Part shown: one piece after another, positions 25,910-35,298 of the stretch
Layout of the letters: each line of letters opens with the position of its first letter
How positions within the stretch are numbered: position 1 is the first letter of the stretch
Origin: a virus
Taxonomy: Duplodnaviria > Caudoviricetes
DNA length: 64,000 nucleotides
Reading direction: 5' to 3' (one strand)
IMG/VR virus record: IMGVR_UViG_3300043120_000090
Span: 1-64,000 of that record
Notes under the pieces: generated by a model
The model's input: only the letters and a program-made list of their open reading frames with translations
Told to the model about the DNA's origin: nothing
Databases searched by the model: none
Made by a program: the position numbers and the translations under genes

Positions 25910-28681
25910 ATGTTTTCAATACTTAAAGGACATAAAGGTTACCATTTTAATGAATTAATGGGGCAATGGGACTTTATTGAGAGAGATAGTTGGATATTTG
26001 CAAAAGTATTTAGATTAGATACAAAGGGTGAAATCATTTCAAGTCCAGCTATGCTACCTAGTAAATTTGAGCTATATAAGGAAGTTAATCCTATTAATTT
26101 AGATGAGACTTATGAATTAGTAAAAGAATTAGCAACTAATCCTAATTTACTAGCTATTAGGGGTTCTAAAACTATTAATTACGAACCATTTAAAAGAAAT
26201 AAAGCTAATTTTAATACTAGTATAGCTAGTAATATAATAGTAATGGATATAGATAGTGTACCTTTAAATAGTAGACTAGAGAAATTAAATATTAAATCTT
26301 GGGCTGATTATATTATAGAATGTTTGTCACAAATAAACCCAGAAATATTTAATATAGATATGGGATATATTGCTCATGCGTCAAGTTCTGCAGGTCTTAA
26401 GGAAAATATAAGGATGCACTTAGTACTGCAATCTGATAATCCAGTTAACCAAGCTCAATTAAAATATCTATTTAGTGAAGTTAATGCTAAAGCAAAAATA
26501 ATGTTTCAGTTTGAAATAGCTGACTTAGCATTATATAGTCAAACACAACCGCATTTCTTTGCTGATCCATTATTTTATGACGGTATTTTAGACCCATTTA
26601 AAGATAGTTCTAGATTAGTATATCAGCCTGGAGAAGTGTGTAATATACCCACTAATCTACCAGAGTTTGTATCTAAAAAGGCAGATGTAGTTAAAAATGA
26701 TTTTTCATTATTTAATATGATTGATGGTAAAAGGTCTATACCTAAAGCAGTTCAAGAAGTAATTGAAGAGCTAAAAGATGCAGATGATGGTGTATATTTG
26801 AGAATTATGCCCAAACTATATCATAGAGCTTGGCAGAATGGTGTAAATATACCTTGGTTAGAAAAACAAATAAGACCTATACTAGAAGAATATATATACT
26901 ATGCTGATAGAAAAGATAGAACTGTAGAGCAATATATGCATAATGGTAGATCTGAGGCTTTAAGGGCTTTCTTAGGAGAGGCTAGGAGATATGTACCTGC
27001 TATCATAGATGGGGTAGAAGTAGAAAAGATAAGTTCGTCCTCTAATGATGAAGATATTTATCTAAAAATTAGAGATTTACCACCAAAAGGTTCTATAACA
27101 TTTATTAAAGCTAGTTTAGGTACTGGTAAAACTACCGCTGTTACTAACTGGTTAAAAGAAGGTAAAGTATCCGGTGGCTTTATGGCCATTACTAATACTA
27201 GGTCTTTAGTGTCTTCTAATGCAAAAAAATTTAGAGCTGGAGAATATAGTAATACTATGGATATGTTAGAATTCTCTTGTGGTAGTTCTGACAGAATAAG
27301 TACTACTATTCATAGCTTACATAAGTTTGCAGCTTGTACTCACAGAATAAAATTCTTATTTATAGATGAGTGTGATGCAGTAATGAATGATCTTCTATTT
27401 AGTCCTCTAGTAAAAAAGAGACGAGAATGTATTAATACTCTATTTCAAATAATGATGAGCGCAGATTACGTTATACTATCGGATGGTGATATAAGTGAAG
27501 AAACTGTTAGTGCTTATGGTAGCTTAATAGACTATAATAAACCAATTAACGCAATTAGTCACCCTAGAAAGATGTTACATGATGCAATAGCTTATGAATT
27601 TGGAGATGAAGAATCTATTTGGGCAGCATTTAAATCTAGTATAGAATTAGGTGATAAATGTATATTAGTTTCAGACTGTAGCCCAGATGATATTAATGAA
27701 AGATGCATGAGTATTAGACAACAAACAGGTAAGATTGTAAAAGAAATACATTCTGCTTCTACTGAAGATGAAGATATTAGAAGAATATTAGACTATACTA
27801 ATGATGAACTAAAAAATCAAGGAATTGATGCATTAGCATGTAGCCCTTCAGTTACTAGTGGTGTAGATTTTAATTATTTTGATAATGTTTTTGTCATTAC
27901 TTTATCTAGTAATCAGACTCCTAATTTAAGATTTCAAGCACTTAGACGTGATAGAGGTGCTAAATTTATATTCTACTATACCTCACCAGATACTAAAGGA
28001 TTCTCTGCTGGTTCTGATGAATACTTAGTACACGAAGGTTGGTTAGAAAAAGCTCAACAATTATTCGCTAAAAGAAGGGAAATAGAAAGTGTAAACTTTG
28101 AAAATACTTTTAGATATTATTTAATGGAACAAGGTTGTAAAATAAAGATAATTGAAGAAAAATGGGGCAATTTAGAAACAGATACAGATGCTTATTTAGC
28201 TCAGAAAGTATCTGCTATAATAGCTTCAACATCTTCTTATTGTCCACCTAGACATAATGATGCGTGGGAAATTAAGCAAAATATTTTAAGATATTTTCAT
28301 ATCGATAGTACCAATGATATTACTATTGAAGATATATATAGATTCTTAAAGGATAAACCAGATAAAAAAGCTGAATTCTTTCATAAGTTATATCCTATAT
28401 TTTGGCCTTCAATTAGTAAATGTACAAAAGGTTTTCAACCTTTTATAGATGCATTAAAACTTCATAAAAAAGAATTTTATTTAGCTACTGGATGTAATGC
28501 CAATCCTAGATTCTATAGAATGCAGTTAGTTAAAGCAGGTATTAAAGAACCTGGGGAATTTCTAAATATAATAGATTGGTATAGAACTTATTGTATGATA
28601 AATAATATTGATATACCAACTGAATTCTTAACTGATGAAGAAAAGAAAACATTAGGAGAAAGGAGATTAGAAATTGAGTAA
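25910..28681 (+). CDS. replication origin-binding protein / SF2 helicase (T5 obp-like)
   Basis: ASLGTGKT, IDECD and SPSVTSGVD motifs; 923 aa; opens the T5-type replication cluster. Confidence 0.88.
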   Translation: MFSILKGHKGYHFNELMGQWDFIERDSWIFAKVFRLDTKGEIISSPAMLPSKFELYKEVNPINLDETYELVKELATNPNLLAIRGSKTINYEPFKRNKANFNTSIASNIIVMDIDSVPLNSRLEKLNIKSWADYIIECLSQINPEIFNIDMGYIAHASSSAGLKENIRMHLVLQSDNPVNQAQLKYLFSEVNAKAKIMFQFEIADLALYSQTQPHFFADPLFYDGILDPFKDSSRLVYQPGEVCNIPTNLPEFVSKKADVVKNDFSLFNMIDGKRSIPKAVQEVIEELKDADDGVYLRIMPKLYHRAWQNGVNIPWLEKQIRPILEEYIYYADRKDRTVEQYMHNGRSEALRAFLGEARRYVPAIIDGVEVEKISSSSNDEDIYLKIRDLPPKGSITFIKASLGTGKTTAVTNWLKEGKVSGGFMAITNTRSLVSSNAKKFRAGEYSNTMDMLEFSCGSSDRISTTIHSLHKFAACTHRIKFLFIDECDAVMNDLLFSPLVKKRRECINTLFQIMMSADYVILSDGDISEETVSAYGSLIDYNKPINAISHPRKMLHDAIAYEFGDEESIWAAFKSSIELGDKCILVSDCSPDDINERCMSIRQQTGKIVKEIHSASTEDEDIRRILDYTNDELKNQGIDALACSPSVTSGVDFNYFDNVFVITLSSNQTPNLRFQALRRDRGAKFIFYYTSPDTKGFSAGSDEYLVHEGWLEKAQQLFAKRREIESVNFENTFRYYLMEQGCKIKIIEEKWGNLETDTDAYLAQKVSAIIASTSSYCPPRHNDAWEIKQNILRYFHIDSTNDITIEDIYRFLKDKPDKKAEFFHKLYPIFWPSISKCTKGFQPFIDALKLHKKEFYLATGCNANPRFYRMQLVKAGIKEPGEFLNIIDWYRTYCMINNIDIPTEFLTDEEKKTLGERRLEIE

Positions 28682-28964
28682 ACCTTGGATAGTAGAGAGT
28701 AATACTAATAAAGCTAAGAAAAGGTTTAAGGATAAACCTTTTCTATATGAAAATAATAATATTTATCAAACTAAAAGAACTAATAAAAAAGTAATATGTA
28801 GGGTAGTACCTGCAGATTTTATTTATGCACAAGAATTATTAGATATGCCTAAGGAAAATTATATTCTCCCTGAAGAAGTAGTTTTAAATAAATTAAAAGA
28901 GCTTCGTGCTACTATTTTTAGTATTGCTATATTTAATAATCAATTAATAAATTTTAAAGAATAA
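28674..28964 (+). CDS. hypothetical protein (T5-like, follows obp)
   Basis: ORF overlapping the obp stop. Confidence 0.7.
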   Translation: MSKPWIVESNTNKAKKRFKDKPFLYENNNIYQTKRTNKKVICRVVPADFIYAQELLDMPKENYILPEEVVLNKLKELRATIFSIAIFNNQLINFKE

Positions 28965-28988
28965 ACGAGTTAAACCTAATAAAAACTA

Positions 28989-29017
28989 TTTACTATTGAC
29001 TAGAAATAGCCTATAAT
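28989..29017 (+). promoter_or_regulatory. sigma70-type promoter
   Basis: TTTACT-N17-TATAAT. Confidence 0.8.
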
Positions 29018-29043
29018 ATAATAATAAATAGAAGGAGTGAGAA

Positions 29044-29289
29044 ATGAAAAATTTTGAAGAATTTTTGAAAGCAATGTATAATAATCATGTATCATTTTCA
29101 TACTATAAAAATAATGGAGAACTGCGTCAAGCAACTGGCACATGCTTGCCAGAGTATATGCCAGTGCCTAAAGGTACAGGATATGCTACCCCAGCAAGTA
29201 ATCTACTTTACTTTGATTTTGAAGCAAAAGCAGTTAGATCCTGTAAAATTGATAACTTACAAGATGACTGGAAAATATTAAATGAGTAA
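29044..29289 (+). CDS. SH3/WYL-like beta-barrel phage protein
   Basis: VSFSYYKNNGELRQATGT...YFDFE...RS pattern; AAGGAG SD. Confidence 0.75.
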   Translation: MKNFEEFLKAMYNNHVSFSYYKNNGELRQATGTCLPEYMPVPKGTGYATPASNLLYFDFEAKAVRSCKIDNLQDDWKILNE

Positions 29290-29470
29290 AGATACTGGTA
29301 AAGTGGCATCTAATGAACAACTAGAGTGCTATGCATGTGATCTTGAAGGACAGCAAGAGTAAAGTATTATAGTGGAAGAATTAATTGAGAAAATTTTTGA
29401 AGATCCTTTAAATTATGAAGAATTTATATGGGGTCAAGGTATTTCTATTATTATGTTTAAAGAGGATTAA
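29282..29470 (+). pseudogene. 62-codon ORF interrupted by an in-frame TAA (29360-29362)
   Basis: The frame continues with coding-like acidic sequence up to the D2 start. Confidence 0.45.
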
Positions 29471-29472
29471 TA

Positions 29473-30171
29473 ATGGCTAGAATTTCAACAGTAGATATTT
29501 CTAAAGAACAGTACCAAGCAGCTATAAATCTACTAGAAGAAGGTGGTACTAAAAAAGCTGCTTGCGAAATTCTAGGAATTAATTATAATACTACCAGGCT
29601 AGGTAACCTATTAGAAGAATTTAAGAATAAAGAAGCGATCACCCAAGAACTAAGACGTAAGAAAAGAGGAACTAGTGTTAGTAATGATGAATTACTTACT
29701 ATGATTTCCATGTATTTCGAAGAAGAATCTATAGCTAATATTGCTGCTAGAACTCATAGATCTGAGGCTTTAGTTAAAATTCAGCTAGAAAATTCTGGTG
29801 CGATGTTACGTAAATTTTCAGCTATAGATCCTCTTAATCCCCCAGAATTACCCGAATTATGTATAAAAGAAGATTTCCAAATTGGAGAGATTGTCTGGGT
29901 AGCTGCATATAACTGCACTGGTGAAGTTAAAGGTGAAGCGAAAACTAAATTAGGTGAAAAAGCTTATAAAGTATATTTACTTGAATCAAGTATGCATAGG
30001 TATGTATACCAACCCTGGTATGATTTAGGCTCTTTAGACCACCTTAGAAATTTAGGATTAAAAGTGGAAACTATTCAATCTATTATGCCTATTGAAAAGA
30101 GACATGAATTACTACATGAAGCTCTACAAAAACTACGTAAAACTAAAGTACAAAGTAGAGGTGATGATTAA
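29473..30171 (+). CDS. D2: T5 D2-like protein
   Basis: GGTKKAACEILG HTH-like N-terminus; size and position match T5 D2. Confidence 0.8.
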   Translation: MARISTVDISKEQYQAAINLLEEGGTKKAACEILGINYNTTRLGNLLEEFKNKEAITQELRRKKRGTSVSNDELLTMISMYFEEESIANIAARTHRSEALVKIQLENSGAMLRKFSAIDPLNPPELPELCIKEDFQIGEIVWVAAYNCTGEVKGEAKTKLGEKAYKVYLLESSMHRYVYQPWYDLGSLDHLRNLGLKVETIQSIMPIEKRHELLHEALQKLRKTKVQSRGDD

Positions 30172-30365
30172 TGCAAGATAAGAAAGAAGAACAAATTAAT
30201 ACAGATGAAAGAAAAAATAGTATTATTCTTTTATTAGATATTTTAGAACATGCTAGGTTTTATAATTTAGAATTTGAGGCTTTTAATTCTGCCAATATTA
30301 CAACAGCGGAATATAAAAAATTAGTTGATGAATTAGAAAGGGCTTTAGCAGATTGGGATGTTTGA
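30171..30365 (+). CDS. hypothetical protein (64 aa)
   Basis: TAATG coupling to D2. Confidence 0.7.
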   Translation: MQDKKEEQINTDERKNSIILLLDILEHARFYNLEFEAFNSANITTAEYKKLVDELERALADWDV

Positions 30366-30392
30366 TTAAAAAATATCAAATTGAAAATTTTC

Positions 30393-30421
30393 TTTACTAA
30401 ATTCTATAACAATAATATAAT
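30393..30421 (+). promoter_or_regulatory. sigma70-type promoter
   Basis: TTTACT-N17-TATAAT. Confidence 0.8.
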
Positions 30422-30479
30422 TTATTTAATCTCAATTGAGATTAAAATATTAACAAAATAACAAAGGATAAAATAAAAT

Positions 30480-30905
30480 ATGACAACTTTCGTTTGGACT
30501 GATGAATCTCGTAAATACGCTATTGATAATTACATTGAACGTATTAATGCTTTCGAGGAAGATCAACGACCTAATATGACTTCTGAAGTAGTTCAAGATA
30601 TTGCTAAAGAATTAGGTTGTACTGTAAATGGGGTTAGATCTATTATTATGAAATATACTGATGAAGATGGCAATTCTGTATATGTATCTAAATCTGCTTC
30701 GAAATCAACAAGTAAATCTAGTGCAAGTACTACATCTTCAGGTAAACGTCGTAGTAAAGCAGATTCACATAATGATCTAATTTCTACTATTAGTGCTTTG
30801 GTTGGTGAAGATAGTGTAGATTCTGAATTGATTAGTAAATTTACCGGAAAAGCAGCAGATTATATGACTGAAATTTTGGTAAAAGTACAAGAACAAATGT
30901 CTTAA
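30480..30905 (+). CDS. D3: T5 D3-like DNA-binding protein
   Basis: WTDE...VR.I...YV.K, Ser/Lys linker, K.TGKAA motif; synteny. Confidence 0.8.
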   Translation: MTTFVWTDESRKYAIDNYIERINAFEEDQRPNMTSEVVQDIAKELGCTVNGVRSIIMKYTDEDGNSVYVSKSASKSTSKSSASTTSSGKRRSKADSHNDLISTISALVGEDSVDSELISKFTGKAADYMTEILVKVQEQMS

Positions 30906-30914
30906 GGAGAGTTT

Positions 30915-31247
30915 ATGGAGTTAACTAAATTCCAAGATCTTATGGATACTTATAACGTAGCATTTATCTATTATAAAACGTTAGAAGGTAAAACTACATT
31001 TGTAGTAGGTACTACCGATTTTGATGATCCATATATCCAAGGAAAAAAGCAAGAAAATATTACTAAATTTGGTTCACCATATCCACCTGTGGATAGTAAT
31101 CAAGTTCTAATATTCTCTTATTCTAAAGATAAATTTAGAGTATTGAATCTTAGAAGTATTATTAATATTGCTTCTATGGAATCAGTTTTAAATGTTCCCA
31201 CAAGACATACAAGATCTGGAAGATCTAGGCTACAGAATAATAGCTGA
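30915..31247 (+). CDS. hypothetical protein (T5-conserved position)
   Basis: AAGGAG SD; 110 aa. Confidence 0.75.
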   Translation: MELTKFQDLMDTYNVAFIYYKTLEGKTTFVVGTTDFDDPYIQGKKQENITKFGSPYPPVDSNQVLIFSYSKDKFRVLNLRSIINIASMESVLNVPTRHTRSGRSRLQNNS

Positions 31248-31518
31248 AAAAGATGATAGGCAACTAAGACTAGCTGTATCAGAATTTAGAGGTGAATTAT
31301 ACATGTCGTTAAGGTGGTGGATACTTGATTTTGAGATGGAAAACTATTTTCCCACTAAGGAAGGAGTAACAATTCCATATACAACTCCATGCATATCTAA
31401 CCTATTAGCAGCTACTGTATTATTACTCAGTGAAGGTAATCAATTAGATACAATAATTGAGAATATAAAATCACTAGATTACATAAAGCCAGTCAAACTT
31501 AATAAAAACCCTACCTAG
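31192..31518 (+). CDS. PC4-like ssDNA-binding protein
   Basis: VSEFRGELYMSLRWW...PTKEGVT PC4-family pattern. Confidence 0.8.
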   Translation: MFPQDIQDLEDLGYRIIAEKDDRQLRLAVSEFRGELYMSLRWWILDFEMENYFPTKEGVTIPYTTPCISNLLAATVLLLSEGNQLDTIIENIKSLDYIKPVKLNKNPT

Positions 31519-31530
31519 TGTGGGGTTTTT
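31504..31530 (+). terminator. intrinsic terminator
   Basis: aaaaaccctac/gtggggttttt hairpin. Confidence 0.65.
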
Positions 31531-31544
31531 CTTTATAAATCTTA

Positions 31545-31573
31545 TTTACAAATAGGTTATAATACATTATAAT
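31545..31573 (+). promoter_or_regulatory. sigma70-type promoter
   Basis: TTTACA-N17-TATAAT. Confidence 0.7.
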
Positions 31574-31723
31574 ATGTCATATAAATATGAAAAACATATC
31601 CATTTAAATAAGTCTTATTACTTAATATATAAGAAATTTTTATGGAAATGGATACCAACAGATAGATATTGCCTAACAGAACAAGAGGCACAGAACACGA
31701 TAATGAAATTAAACAGGAAATAA
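31574..31723 (+). CDS. possible small ORF (49 aa)
   Basis: Open frame fills the gap before ligase A; no SD. Confidence 0.35.
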   Translation: MSYKYEKHIHLNKSYYLIYKKFLWKWIPTDRYCLTEQEAQNTIMKLNRK

Positions 31724-31726
31724 TTA

Positions 31727-32788
31727 ATGAAATATTCCTTAAAAGAGTTTATAGAAGGTGCACAAAAAGCCTACTATGAAGGTACACCTATTATTTCTGA
31801 TGAACAATACGATGAAATAATTAAAGTATATTCTACATCTATTGAAGAAGATATTGGGCCAGAAGGTGATTTTAAACATATAAGACCTATGTATAGTTTA
31901 TCTAAAAAATTTACTAATCGAGGTGATGTAATAGAGCCTTTATCTGATGATGATGTAGAATCTATTAAATTAGATGGTGCAGCAATAGAAGTTGGGTACA
32001 CTAATTTAAATGCACTTAAGCAAAATGAAGAACCTATCTTCTTATTATGCTGGTTGAATACTCGTGGTAATACTGAAAAAGGTAAAAGATTAGATATTAA
32101 AAAAGCAGAAGCATTAAATATACCAAAAATAATTAAATTTTCTAATATTTACGGATATGAGTTACCAAAACGAGGTAATATATATTCGCTACAAATTACT
32201 GGTGAAGTAGTAGCCACTAAACATGTAGATAACGCTAGAAATATAGTTAGTGGTAAATTAAATTTAAAATCATTAAATGAGTTTAATGATGCGGTCGAAC
32301 AGTATGGACTTACTTTCTTTGCTTATAGTGTTTTAACTGATACAAGTTATATAACTGATAAGTACAAAACCGACATGGATCTATTACATTATCTAGGATT
32401 TAATACTGTTCTACACGTAGATGATTTTAAAAAAATTCATAAAGATTGTCAGATAAAATCTGATGGTAAAGTAGTAAGAGTTAATTCTAATAAACTTTAC
32501 TGGGAACTAGGATTCACTGCTAAATACCCTAGAGGTGCATATGCAGTTAAAACAGACCAACCTTATGTAGAATCTGTTTTATTAGATGTTGAATGGAATG
32601 TAGGTAGGACAGGGAAAGTCGTGCCTACAGCTATTATAGAACCTATAGATATAGAAGGAGCTACAGTATCTAGAGCTACTCTTAATAATCCTATTTTTAT
32701 TCAAGAAATGGGATTGTATATAGGGTGTACAGTTAAGATAATAAGATCTGGTGAGATTATACCTTGTATTATAGGAATAGTTGAGTAA
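31727..32788 (+). CDS. NAD-dependent DNA ligase, subunit A (adenylation + OB)
   Basis: ISDEQYD, KLDG, GE, DGKV, PRGAYAVK and VGRTGKVVP motifs. Confidence 0.93.
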   Translation: MKYSLKEFIEGAQKAYYEGTPIISDEQYDEIIKVYSTSIEEDIGPEGDFKHIRPMYSLSKKFTNRGDVIEPLSDDDVESIKLDGAAIEVGYTNLNALKQNEEPIFLLCWLNTRGNTEKGKRLDIKKAEALNIPKIIKFSNIYGYELPKRGNIYSLQITGEVVATKHVDNARNIVSGKLNLKSLNEFNDAVEQYGLTFFAYSVLTDTSYITDKYKTDMDLLHYLGFNTVLHVDDFKKIHKDCQIKSDGKVVRVNSNKLYWELGFTAKYPRGAYAVKTDQPYVESVLLDVEWNVGRTGKVVPTAIIEPIDIEGATVSRATLNNPIFIQEMGLYIGCTVKIIRSGEIIPCIIGIVE

Positions 32789-32815
32789 TACCGAGTATTA
32801 AAAATAAAATATAAC

Positions 32816-32844
32816 TTGACGTTTTATTTTAAAATAGTTATAAT
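32816..32844 (+). promoter_or_regulatory. sigma70-type promoter
   Basis: TTGACG-N17-TATAAT. Confidence 0.65.
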
Positions 32845-32903
32845 AATTAATCTTTAATATAAACATAGTTTAATACCACATAGTAAGTAAATTGAAAATA
32901 TAC

Positions 32904-32932
32904 TTTACTATTCCCAAAATTTTCAATATAAT
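32904..32932 (+). promoter_or_regulatory. sigma70-type promoter
   Basis: TTTACT-N17-TATAAT. Confidence 0.75.
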
Positions 32933-32970
32933 ATTTATATTGAATCGAGAGAAGGAATAAGCAATAATAA

Positions 32971-33741
32971 ATGAAAAATATTGAAATACCTACAATTTGT
33001 CCTTCATGTGGTTCTATTTTACAGTTTTTTGGCCCGCAGTTATTCTGTACAAATAGTTCAAATTGTCCAGCACAAAATATAAAAAGAGTAGAAAATTTTG
33101 TATCTACCATGAAAATAAAAGGACTGGGGCCAAAATTGCTTGAGAAACTCAGTGATGAATTAGGATTAAATAGTATTATTGATATATATAAATATAATAA
33201 AGAAGAATTATGTTTAGTGTTAGGCGATACTATTGGTTCTAAAATATACTTAGAAATTCAAGCTTCTAAATCTAAAGAATTATCTTTATTCATTCAAGCC
33301 ATAGGTATACCTATGATTGGTAGTAGCGCAGCTAAAATAATAGCTGAATCTATAAATGAATTTAAAGATATATTAAATATTTCGGATATTAGTAAGGAAC
33401 TTGGTTCAGTTAAGTTTAGTAATTTACTAGAGTTTTTAAATACTAAATTATGTTTAGATTTAATAGATCTAAATCTACCATTAGTAAATAATAAAAATAA
33501 AAATACTAATAAAGTTAAAGGATATGTCTGTATAACAGGTAAGTTAAATAACTTTAAAAATAGAAAGGATGCAGAAACTTATTTAGCTACCTTTGGGTGG
33601 GTAAATAAACCTTCGGTAACTAAAGAAGTTACCTATTTAATATGTGAGGATGAATCTAAAGTAGGTTCTTCTTCATACAAAAAAGCTTTACAAAAACAAA
33701 TAGCAATAATAACAATAGAAGATCTAATTAAAATACCTTAA
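32971..33741 (+). CDS. NAD-dependent DNA ligase, subunit B (Zn finger, HhH, BRCT)
   Basis: PTICPSC...C...C, IKGLG, GIPMIG, VCITGKL and SSYKKA motifs. Confidence 0.92.
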   Translation: MKNIEIPTICPSCGSILQFFGPQLFCTNSSNCPAQNIKRVENFVSTMKIKGLGPKLLEKLSDELGLNSIIDIYKYNKEELCLVLGDTIGSKIYLEIQASKSKELSLFIQAIGIPMIGSSAAKIIAESINEFKDILNISDISKELGSVKFSNLLEFLNTKLCLDLIDLNLPLVNNKNKNTNKVKGYVCITGKLNNFKNRKDAETYLATFGWVNKPSVTKEVTYLICEDESKVGSSSYKKALQKQIAIITIEDLIKIP

Positions 33742-33766
33742 TCGATCTAAGAGGAAAATAAATAAT

Positions 33767-34507
33767 ATGTCTAAAATTAATTGGAATGAAGTAAATACTA
33801 AAGTTCTTACAGACGCTGTTGAAGGTCTTGAAGTAGTATCACAGGAAGTAGTAGCTGATTTAGCTGAGAAACTGGAAGGTTCAGCACGCTCAGTAGGTGC
33901 TAAACTACGTAAAATGGGTTTTGAAGTAGAAAAAGTTACAGCACGCCCATCAAAATGGACTCCAGAATTGGAAGAAAAACTGGCTCAGATTTTGGAAGAA
34001 CATGCTGGCGAATATACTTATGCAGAACTAGCTCAAGTATTCTTCAGTGAAGAAGAAATTACAGACAAGCAAGTTCAGGGTAAAGTTCTAAGCATGGAAC
34101 TTACTCATGCAGTTAAACCTGCTCCAAAACGTGATGCCGTTCGTACTTATACACCAGAACAAGAAGCTACTTACGTAGATATGGCTAAAAGCGGTGCTTC
34201 CCTAGAAGCTATTGCAGAAGCTCTAGGTGTATCTCTTAACTCAGCTCGCGGTAAAGGTATGAGTCTTGTTCGTGAAGGCTTGTTAGAAGAACAACCTGTT
34301 CAGGTTACTTCTACAGCTGCTAAACGTAAGGACTTCCTAGAAGGCTTGGATTTAGCTAATATGACTGTAGATGAAATTGCGGAAGCAACAGGTCGTCAAA
34401 CTCGTGGTATTAAAAACACTCTGACTCGTAGAGGTCTAGATTGTAAAGACCATAAAGGTTCAGACCGTCGTACTAAAATTGATTCAGCCAAAGATGCTGC
34501 TGAGTAA
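33767..34507 (+). CDS. D5: T5 D5-like DNA-binding transcription factor
   Basis: RSVGAKLRKMG, KVLSMELT and LTRRGLDC motifs; highly biased codon usage; synteny. Confidence 0.88.
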   Translation: MSKINWNEVNTKVLTDAVEGLEVVSQEVVADLAEKLEGSARSVGAKLRKMGFEVEKVTARPSKWTPELEEKLAQILEEHAGEYTYAELAQVFFSEEEITDKQVQGKVLSMELTHAVKPAPKRDAVRTYTPEQEATYVDMAKSGASLEAIAEALGVSLNSARGKGMSLVREGLLEEQPVQVTSTAAKRKDFLEGLDLANMTVDEIAEATGRQTRGIKNTLTRRGLDCKDHKGSDRRTKIDSAKDAAE

Positions 34508-34519
34508 TTTAACTTAAAC

Positions 34520-34544
34520 AAAGGGAGCTTAGGCTCCCTTTTTT
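34520..34544 (+). terminator. intrinsic terminator
   Basis: aagggagc/gctccctt hairpin + T-run. Confidence 0.8.
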
Positions 34545-34631
34545 ATTATGAGAAAATAATGAGTGCAAAAATAGTAACATTAGAAGAATTAATCTATATG
34601 GATATAACACCTATAACTTTCGGTAATTAAT

Positions 34632-35021
34632 ATGAAAAATATCATAATACGTAACTTTATTACTACTAAATTTTATCATAATAATAACTACATAGAAATA
34701 GACAAAAAAGAGTTAAGTAATATTGTTAATAATACTCAACTGCCTCTACCTATATGTAGAGATTATGATACAAATAATATAGTAGGATATATAAATTCTA
34801 TTAGATTAGCAGAACACGGGAAATCTATCACAGTTGAAGCATCTATACAAAAAGAGTTTACTGATTTTTCTGTATATTCAATAGGTTGGGGCTTACAATT
34901 AGATAATTTAGAAGATAATAAATGGACTGATTTAGTTTTAGTAACTTCTGGTCTATATGTTAAATCGAGCCTAGATAATATGGATAAAAGTATTTATGAA
35001 AGTATTGATACTATCGCATGA
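34632..35021 (+). CDS. hypothetical protein (129 aa), weak prohead-protease-like pattern
   Basis: LPICRDYD..NIVGYI segment. Confidence 0.65.
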   Translation: MKNIIIRNFITTKFYHNNNYIEIDKKELSNIVNNTQLPLPICRDYDTNNIVGYINSIRLAEHGKSITVEASIQKEFTDFSVYSIGWGLQLDNLEDNKWTDLVLVTSGLYVKSSLDNMDKSIYESIDTIA

Positions 35022-35298
35022 TGAAGTTTCTCTTTCCCCAAGAGAGGCTATAGAAAAAGCCAGATCTGAACATGGATCTTATGCGACTATTGTGGCTCTA
35101 CCTTCTTCCAATAATGAATATGCTCAATTATACTTTGCAGCTCAGGTCTTATGCGCTGACCAATTAGTAAAATTAAAAATTGACACTAAGGATATAGAGT
35201 TATATAATAGTAAGAAATTATTATTAATTGAAAGTATAGTAACCCAGTTCAGGGAGGTATTAGATGAAGTTATATCTGATACAGAAGAAGCATTATAA
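34996..35298 (+). CDS. hypothetical protein (100 aa)
   Basis: ORF coupled to the helicase (TAATG). Confidence 0.7.
   Translation: MKVLILSHDEVSLSPREAIEKARSEHGSYATIVALPSSNNEYAQLYFAAQVLCADQLVKLKIDTKDIELYNSKKLLLIESIVTQFREVLDEVISDTEEAL

Noticed and set aside
31727-33741. Split NAD ligase as a novel or broken gene
   Set aside because: A two-gene ligase is the normal T5-family arrangement
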